A model generated the notes under the pieces. That model saw only the letters and a program-made list of their open reading frames with translations, did not search any database and was not told the origin of the DNA. A program made the translations under genes and the position numbers. Below are positions 22,239 through 30,085 of a stretch of 30,085 nt of DNA, piece after piece. The DNA comes from Octopus sinensis (Eukaryota). Position 1 is the first letter of the stretch, and the number at the start of each line of letters is the position of its first letter. The DNA lies in contig NW_021832519.1 of the NCBI RefSeq assembly GCF_006345805.1, positions 1 to 30,085 on the forward strand, in the 5' to 3' direction.

Positions 22239-22623
22239 TATTATTATAACAATGGTCAAATACCAGAAAGCCAAAAGTATCAGAACCAGACTGAGAATGT
22301 CTGATTCTCTTAAAATTTTCTCAAAATCGAAAATATTTGGAATCTAACAGAATCTCGCTTCCAGCGTTTGGTCTCCTTTCCCATCCTCCTTAGCTACATC
22401 GTTGCTAATAATAAACAACACCCACAGAAAAACACCAAACTTGCTGTTACAAGAAGTCTCTGAGTGAGACTTGAAACAGCTCGCATAAAACAATATAATA
22501 ACAACGAAAATAATAATAATTATAATAATAATAGTAATAATAATAATAATAAAATAATAATAATAATATAATAATAATAATAATAATAATATAATAACAA
22601 CAACAACAACAACAATAATAATG

Positions 22624-22660
<37 letters not shown>

Positions 22661-22756
22661 CAATAATAATGATAATAATAATAATAATAATAATAATATA
22701 ATAATAATATAATAATAATAATAATAATATATAATAATGATAATATAATAATAATA

Positions 22757-22803
<47 letters not shown>

Positions 22804-22830
22804 TAATAATAATAATAATAATAATAATAA
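22108..22830. repeat. (ATT)/(ATC)n array (22108-22248) and (AAT)/(AAC)n array (22505-22830)
   Basis: Seen directly. Confidence 0.9.
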
Positions 22831-23228
22831 CTGCTGGTATCTTGAAACAAAACAAGCAAAAAGAATGAAAAGAAACAAAGGGAAGAGAACAAGAGAAGAG
22901 GAGAAGTGGTGAAGATGGGGGTGGGCAGACAGATTTTGAACCCAAAAGACATTAAAGAAATACCGATGATAAGCATAAAACCAGAGATAAGAGGAAAAGT
23001 CAAATGAACAGAATTCCCACTTTCCTTTCAATTTGGTACAACCAAAATGAGCTGAACATAAGATAAATTCTGTCGGAAGTCGAAATCTAAAAAGTCAGCT
23101 CTTTTAGTGACATTTCCATAGTTATATTCCGTTTATATTGGCTCCCTACAAGAATTCTTACCAATTCTCTTCTTTTGTTTTCCTTTATTTCATTTGGGTT
23201 TTTTTTTTTCTTTTGCAGTTCATTGTTT

Positions 23229-23332
<104 letters not shown>

Positions 23333-23593
23333 GTTTCTTTCTGTTCGTTTGAGAAAAGCAAGATTACCAAAAGTCATTGTCTTGTTTATTGGAACTGATA
23401 TGTTCCAGAACATTCGATCTACTTTGAACAAAAGTCTGTGATTGTCAGTTTTATTTATGCTTGTTTTCTTGTTCTTTTTGTGGAGGCGGTTGATAAAATA
23501 ACCTACAAGAAAATGAGACGATCGAAACGGTAGTTTTTCTATGATCAATGCCCTTTGAGTAGTAAACGGAAACTGTGTGGAAGCCCGTCGCAC

Positions 23594-23631
<38 letters not shown>

Positions 23632-23676
23632 ACATATGTACGTGTGTGTGCGTGTGTGTGTGTGTATACATATATA

Positions 23677-23885
23677 TTCTTTTATTTGTTCCAGTCATTT
23701 GACTGCAGCCATGCTGTGGCACCGCCTTTAGTCGAGCAAATCGACATGTTCTTTGTAGGCCGAGTACTTATTCCATCGGTCTCTTTGCCCGTAACATCGC
23801 TAAGTTACGGGCACGTAAACACCACTAACATCGGTTGCCAAACGATGTTGGGGAACAAACACAGACACACAAACATATACACACG

Positions 23886-23920
<35 letters not shown>

Positions 23921-24071
23921 GTTCCAGTTTCCGTCTACCAAATCCACTCACAAGGCTTTGGACGGCTCGAGGCTATAGTAAAAGGCACTTGCCCGAGGTG
24001 CCACGCAGTGGGACTGAACCCGGAACCATGTGGTTGGGAAGCAAGCTATTTACCACACACCCACTCTGCAC
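23677..24071 (-). mobile_element. Near full-length CORE-type tRNA SINE with internal (TA)/(CA) microsatellite
   Basis: The reverse complement of 23920-24071 matches the head at 15527-15690; the reverse complement of 23677-23870 matches the tail at 17394-17585. Confidence 0.85.
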
Positions 24072-24104
24072 ATATATGTATATATATATGTATATATAAT
24101 ATAT

Positions 24105-24174
<70 letters not shown>

Positions 24175-24314
24175 GTATGTATGTATGTTGTATGTATGTA
24201 TGTATGTATGTATGTATGTATGTATATGTAAATGTATACTGATAGATATAGACATATACATATGTATATCTATTTACATATTATACATACATATGTGTGT
24301 GTGTGTGCGCGCGT

Positions 24315-24357
<43 letters not shown>

Positions 24358-24385
24358 TATATTTTTATGTTTATATTCTTCCTAA

Positions 24386-24515
24386 CACCGATGGAATAAG
24401 TACCAGACTTTGAAAACAAAATAGTACTGAAATCGATCTATTTCACTAAACCCTTCCAGTCGCTGCTCCAACATGGCTGCCGTCCAATGACTGAAACATG
24501 TAAACGATAAAACAT
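24386..24515 (+). mobile_element. 3' fragment of CORE-type SINE
   Basis: ccgatggaataagtaccagac...gctgctccaacatggctgccgtccaatgactgaaac matches the family tail. Confidence 0.6.
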
Positions 24516-25089
24516 CCAAATGAATCTATTTTACTTCCATAGAACGAAATCTGTTGTTTTAAATCGTTAACAGAAGACGACAATCAATAAAGCTTCTGTT
24601 TGTATTTCTCATCCAACAAATATACTCAATAAGGAGCACTAATTATTTCAGCTTCAATAATTTCGTCTGTTTCTTCAATTATCTTCATTTTAGAAGCTCT
24701 TTTCTAACTAATATTACACAGAAGTCTTTGAGTGCTTCTTTGTGGAAGCTCTATTGCGAATTTGAGAAAGGGCTTCGGTGTTCCAGTGGCCATCCACTTA
24801 GCAGTAGATATCTCTTTTTTCCTAAAGACTCTTGGACAGGAGTTCGATTTTATTCAATTTCAAATCAAGATAAATGAATTCCTCGTAGCTTATTGCTTCT
24901 TCAAAATGTTTTCATTCAAATAGGTTACAGTCTGTTGTTGTTGTGTTGTTGTTGTTGTTGTTGTTGTTCTTCTTCTTCTTCTTCTTCTTCTTCTTCTTCT
25001 TCTTCTTCTTCTTCTTCTTCTTCTTCTTCTTCTTCTTCTCCTTCTTCTTGTTCTCGTTCTTGTTCTTGTTTAACTCTAAATCCACCCTA

Positions 25090-25325
25090 ATCGAGCAACT
25101 CTCACGATCAAAAGATTGTAGTTTTGATTCACAGCTTGAGTGGTGCGTTCTGTCCTTGAGCAAGATACTTCATTTTACGTTGCTCTAGCCCACGTGACTG
25201 TAAATGAGCCACCCTACGACGGTGCGACATCCGCTGGAGGGAGAGGCATGTTGTGGTCTCGGTCACCCAGACGCTATGGCAACTGGATAACTAAGCCATA
25301 GGAGTCCTTGGACTCCAGACAGTAA
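25090..25325 (+). mobile_element. Old tRNA SINE related to the head at 30002
   Basis: tcgagc...cacgatc...gtgcgttctgtccttgagcaagatactt (CORE-like), then a tail accctacgacgg...catccgctggaggg...gcaactggataactaagcc. Confidence 0.5.
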
Positions 25326-25337
25326 TGTCCAGAGGCT

Positions 25338-25356
25338 GATGATGATGATGATGATA

Positions 25357-25402
<46 letters not shown>

Positions 25403-25778
25403 CGACGACGACGACGACAACGACGACGATGACGATGACGATGATGAGGAGGAGGAGGAAGGGGAGGATGACGATGACGATGTTGATGATGATGATGATG
25501 AAAGATAATGACAACGACGACGTGACGACAAAGATGATGACAACGACGATGATGATGACGATGATGATGATGACGATGATGACGATGATGACGATGACGA
25601 TGATGATGATGATGAGGAGGAGGAGGAGGAGGAGGAGGAGGACGACGAGACGACGATGACGACAATGATGATGACGACGATGACGATGATGATGATGATG
25701 ACGACGACGACGACGACGATGATGATGATGATGACGATGATGATGATGATGACGACGACGACGACGATGATGATGATG
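25338..25778. repeat. (GAT)/(GAC)/(GAG)n array of ~440 bp
   Basis: Seen directly; explains the poly-M/H/S pseudo-ORFs. Confidence 0.95.
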
Positions 25779-26044
25779 CAGTGTTTATTTTCTAAGAGTA
25801 AAAGAAATGAAACGCCTTCATCAACCTGGTTGAATATTCCGTTAAAACAACTCAATTTTATTTTGATAAATGTATGAGTCCCACCATCAGTAAATGTTCT
25901 CGCGTTTTCTACAAGTTAATTAAGAATCCCGAATGATACATTAGAGAAAGAGAGAGAGAGGTGGAGAGGGAGAGAGATATATATGTATGTATGCATTATG
26001 TGTGTATGCATGTATGTATATATGTATGTATGAATGTATGTATG

Positions 26045-26078
<34 letters not shown>

Positions 26079-26106
26079 TGTATGTGTGTACGTATGTATA
26101 TATGTA

Positions 26107-26142
<36 letters not shown>

Positions 26143-27029
26143 CACGCACAGGCATAAGAATACTTGTTCTGCATATCTCAACCTCTATGTCACTCTCTAC
26201 ATGATATATGTACGACACTTTTCGTACTTAATTCTCCATTAAGTGAATACATATCTAAGTATTTTTGCGTTAATGCATGTTTTCTACGCATATGTGTGTT
26301 TATGAGAATATACCGTCATTGTACCACTTTTAAATATACCAATATGTTGATTTGGCTAGCGTTCAAAAATTCTCAAAAACGAGAAACGGGAAACGAGAAA
26401 CGAAAAGCAAATTTAAAGCTGAAACGAATTACAAAAAAGTTGAGAATGTGTAAGAAAAAACAAATCAGTGTAAATAAAAAGGGAGAAAAAGATGAAAATA
26501 ATTGTAAGCTTTTCTAAATAAAGATAACGTAGCCTCCATCGTCATCTGAGTTAGATAGCCATCAGTGATAATAGTTAATAAATCTATCAATGCCAACGCT
26601 TAAAATGAAGATATACTGCTTGCTTTTCTCTCGGAATGGAACCAATGTTTAAGGGATGGACCTAGGATCGAGAGAGTGAGCTTGAACGTACAAGCAATAA
26701 TTATAATTTTTCAAATTAGATGATATTGGCGTTTATATAAATCCATGAAATCAATTCTAATTTTCAAAGAGAATGATACTTATTGCCTTAAAACAGAATT
26801 CAGTTCATTCGTATATCACCTTGCATGACAATTCTCTACTTCCTTGAGAGAGGGGGAGAGAGTGAGGAGCGTCACCAAATGTCAATGAGAGGGAGTGCGT
26901 GCGTGCGAAGCGACTTGGGGCTGGAACAAAGAACAGACGATAGCTGTATTTTTGGCGAAAAAAAGGACCAAAAAGCCATCAGGGCTGGGTCCGTTTGGAC
27001 AACATTGTTCGAAATAAAAACAGCGATTT

Positions 27030-28210
27030 CGAAAATGTAAATAATGCGAGGCGTTTCGTCGGCGAAACAACGGACGAGTTAAGTACAAGTAACAACAGCT
27101 AGGACAACAACAACAACATAAACAGCATCAATAATAACAACAACAATGACAAAAACAATGAAAGAGCTGAGACAGAAACCGGTGCCACGGCTTGGATTAG
27201 ATCTTCTAAACTTTCTTTCGCTGGAGCAACCAAGTCATCTCTTCAGAGAATAGAATTCTCCGAAGAAGGACTTCAAAATGTTAGACAGCCAATCGAGAGA
27301 GACGGATTAGGTGTAAAGTTAAATACACCACCTGAGACAATTCGGGAATAGATACGCTGCAAAGTGACGTGCCGTACAATCGGCTTAAAATCAAGGAGGG
27401 TGGAAAGATCCACAGAAGTTCAAATACAAAAAACTTTAGGTTCCGTCTGGAATCTAAAGAAATATATACAGAGAGGAAGGACCTAAGGAGTGGTGGACAT
27501 TCGATTCCGCACCGAGAAGCCAGACATCACTCTCTAAATTCTCTCAAAAGCGAAGAGCAGTTGTTAGTTCCTTTCTACTGCGGTCAGAGACTGGCCAAAA
27601 TCATCATTCAACAGGGGCCACCAGAAATAGCCATTCCTTGGCTAATTGCTGCAGTGACGATAGAGATCGAGGAAAACTCGAAAGTCCTCGAAGCCTATCA
27701 GACCAAAAAGGAGAACTGGTCCGGGATGACCAGAGAACTCTTCATACAAACGACACAAAGGCATGTGGATCTCAGATTCTTCTTCCTGGAGGCAGCATAA
27801 TTCCAGTCAGGGTAGATGGAAGGAAAGCTAAGTGTCACATTTGCTTCTCAACTGACCATTTAAAAGCCTTCTGGCCTAGACTAAAGGAAAAAGAGAGACA
27901 GGCACCTCTCCTCTCTACACCAACAACGGTCACCAGAACTCCAACGACAACAGTAACAACACCATCACCATCAGCAGATTCAGCCGTGACACCACCAACA
28001 CCAACAACCATACCGACACCGAGTTCTCCCAAACACTTTTCAGCGCCCGCAGATGTTTCACTTCCCGATGCGGAGTGGGCGAACATTACAGGGGGAGAGT
28101 CGGACCGAGATAAGGAGTGGAATTTAAAAACAAAAAGATAGCGGGGAAAAAGACAGACAGAAAAGCAACAACAATTCTCATCCAAACAAGAAGTAGAGAA
28201 AATGTCTGCT
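27030..28210 (+). pseudogene. Tx1-type ORF1 (gag-like nucleic-acid-binding protein) relic
   Basis: About 390 codons with several stops and frameshifts: N-rich N-terminus, central region, IPVRVDGRKAK-CHICFSTDHLKAFW (CX2CX4HX4C knuckle with the last Cys changed to Trp, 27833-27874), Pro/Thr-rich and basic C-terminus. Confidence 0.65.
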
Positions 28211-28216
28211 TTAGGT

Positions 28217-28786
28217 TTTTATCGAGGATTTATGGAGGGAAAAGTGCGACGACGTTCTTGGGGAGACCATGGGCGTAGAAGAAGATCGGCTACTCGCTCT
28301 TTTCCGGAGAAATTTCGGCCCAGGACCAATGGATAATTTCCAAAAATCTCTAGTCTGGCAATGCTACCGGGGAGCTTTGCCTTCTCGAGATAAACTTTAC
28401 AGGCACGGAAATACCGTCAACCGAGCATGTCCAAGATGCGCGCAGAACGACGGTCCAGCATGCACTCATCGAGTGCCCGAGCATTGGTGACCTGTGGATT
28501 GCTGTTGAACAACTGCTGTGGAGAGGATCCGGCTGTCAAGTGAGTCCATCATAAAGATCGCCCTGCCACCTTCTTTTAACCGGGAAGGAAAACCTGGTGG
28601 TCATGGCGAAAGTGGTTGTATGGTGGACGAGATTGAAAGGGGCTGAAGACCAACACTTTTCTCTTTGGCCAATCCCTGAAGAACTTCTTTGAGTTTCACG
28701 TGAAGAGGAAAATAAGGGTCGAGAGGGAAGTGTTGTCTTCTAGCCAGTTTGCTAAAAGGTGGATGAAAGTGGCGAGAATGGTTTAA
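28217..28786 (+). pseudogene. Tx1 ORF2 extreme C-terminus (zf-RVT-like) relic
   Basis: FGPGPMDNFQKSLVWQCYRGALPSRDKLYRHG versus copy A FGPGSMDNFQRSLAWQCYREALPVRDKLYRHG (27/32 identical); also CPRC, WWTRLKG and KRKIRVEREVLS. Confidence 0.85.
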
Positions 28787-29080
28787 GTGAACGGACCTGC
28801 CCCGAGCATACGCCTGTAGTTGGAAAAGAAGAAAAGAAAAAAAAAGGTACCCATAATTTTTTATGGTGTTTTTCCATGAGCGTCTCTCAAACGACTCCTC
28901 TCTATTGAGGATTACACATTGTGGATTTCTTTCCTTTAAAAAAAAAATTGTTGGTCTTGTTTACATGCAAAACCCTCGCAACAACACACACCTACACACA
29001 TATATTCTTTGTTTTATCCTGTACTGTCCATAATGTTTTTCTTAGAGTAAACCCTTGTGGCTAATAAAGAAATCATTATT

Positions 29081-29116
<36 letters not shown>

Positions 29117-29827
29117 ATAGTGACGGTGCTAGAGCAGCAGAGTAAAAGCCCCACGTTTACAGTGCTGGAATAAGCTTTCATTGACTGATATTAACTAAAA
29201 ACGAATAAACTCCGCTGAAAATAACATGGCGTAGAATAGCGTAAAATAAAGAGCGTGACAAAATATTTTTGTTTCGAGACGAAGACGGGAGAAGATGGCG
29301 TCGATTATGACTGGGTGGATCTAAGTACGTTCGTAATGTTAAGTGCGTTCAGTGTTATTTCATTTTATGCTGAAAGACGTTAGCTTTGATCAACTGACAA
29401 GCCGTTGTATGAAGCATGAACCGGTCTCAGACATATCGTATGGAACTTACAGAATTACGACATCACATACGAAAAGCAAGTCTGGACGAGATGGATAAAA
29501 TCCAAAATAGTTACTAACAGCTCATAATAGCGAAAAGGAGAAAAATCAAAGAGAGAGAAACGCTACTGAATATATAGAATATACACATGTTTAGGGTATA
29601 TAAATATTTTATTGAATTACGCTTAGATCGGTTGGGTTGTTTTACATGTGGGCGATATGCTTGTTGAATTTTTGTTCTGTAAAAATAGATCATTTCTAAC
29701 GCGAGTGCGTGTGTGTGCGCATGTGTTCTGAAATGTCTTTAGCACTCATACGCACACACACATTTGCATGTGTATATATATATATATATACATACATATA
29801 CATATATATATATATATATATAATTTA

Positions 29828-29850
29828 GACGACAATTTATTCACTGCACC

Positions 29851-29855
<5 letters not shown>
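29828..29855 (-). mobile_element. Solo Tc1/mariner-type terminal inverted repeat in a (TA)n array
   Basis: The minus strand reads TA|CAGGGTGCAGTGAATAAATTGTCGTC, similar to the TA|CAGGATGCG start at 17591. Confidence 0.45.
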
Positions 29856-29884
<29 letters not shown>

Positions 29885-29885
29885 A

Positions 29886-29966
<81 letters not shown>

Positions 29967-30001
29967 TATATATATACATATACTATATAATATGTATGTA
30001 T

Positions 30002-30085
30002 GGAGGCGCATGGCTCAGTGGTTTAGAACGTCGAGCTTACGATCGTGAGGTTGTGAGTTCGAATCCCGGACCGGGCTGCGTGTTG
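30002..30085 (+). mobile_element. tRNA-derived SINE head, cut by the window end
   Basis: A box TGGCTCAGTGG (30011-30021) and B box GAGTTCGAATCC (30055-30066); it continues into a non-tRNA body (gggctgcgtgttg) without a tRNA acceptor-stem closure. Confidence 0.75.

Larger units (their letters stand above)
26850..29073 (+). mobile_element. Internally deleted L1/Tx1-type element, lineage B: 5' region, ORF1, end of ORF2 and 3' UTR
   Basis: ORF1 relic with a zinc knuckle is joined at about 28205-28217 to the ORF2 C-terminus homologous to copy A; the element ends CCCTTGTGGCTAATAAAGAAAT followed by (ATT)(GTT)n. The 5' boundary is approximate. Confidence 0.75.

Noticed and set aside
24540-24900. Minus-strand acidic or coiled-coil-like frame (MKIIEETDEIIEAEII...)
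   Set aside because: Multiple stops and no motif; compatible with AT-rich random sequence.
29270-29500. AAGATGGCG (YY1/start-codon-like) followed by a GTACGT donor-like site
   Set aside because: The ATG frame stops after 9 codons, there is no CpG-rich promoter context, and the alternative exon has no polypyrimidine tract.
30002-30085. Possible tRNA gene
   Set aside because: A and B boxes are present, but no cloverleaf closure or acceptor stem is evident and the sequence continues into a SINE-type body; classified as a SINE head.

Overview
Eukaryotic, AT-rich, microsatellite-dense intronic or intergenic DNA. The SINE families look like those of octopus (cephalopod); this is recognition by eye, not a database result. 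No intact protein-coding gene is supported, and nearly all ORFs in the supplied track are translations of simple repeats. The window holds: (i) three L1/Tx1-type non-LTR retrotransposon pieces, namely a 5'-truncated minus-strand copy (12371-13910), a ~210-bp 3'-end copy of the same family (3984-4191) and an internally deleted ORF1-plus-3'-end copy of a second lineage (~26850-29073); (ii) about a dozen tRNA-derived SINE copies or fragments of at least three families; (iii) relics of an RLE-type (R4/Dong/NeSL-like) LINE, a CR1/L2-type 3' end and a Tc1/mariner element; (iv) MITE-like and fold-back inverted repeats; (v) a pair of candidate exons with canonical splice signals (20433-20903). The most notable pattern is a possible retroelement system. 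Both copies of one Tx1 family sit inside (GATA)n arrays with the same polarity and an identical 3' junction, and a tRNA-SINE carries a 3' tail homologous to the Tx1 3' end. This suggests a (GATA)n-targeted Tx1 LINE with a partner SINE, plus a possible HAL1-like derivative in the second lineage.
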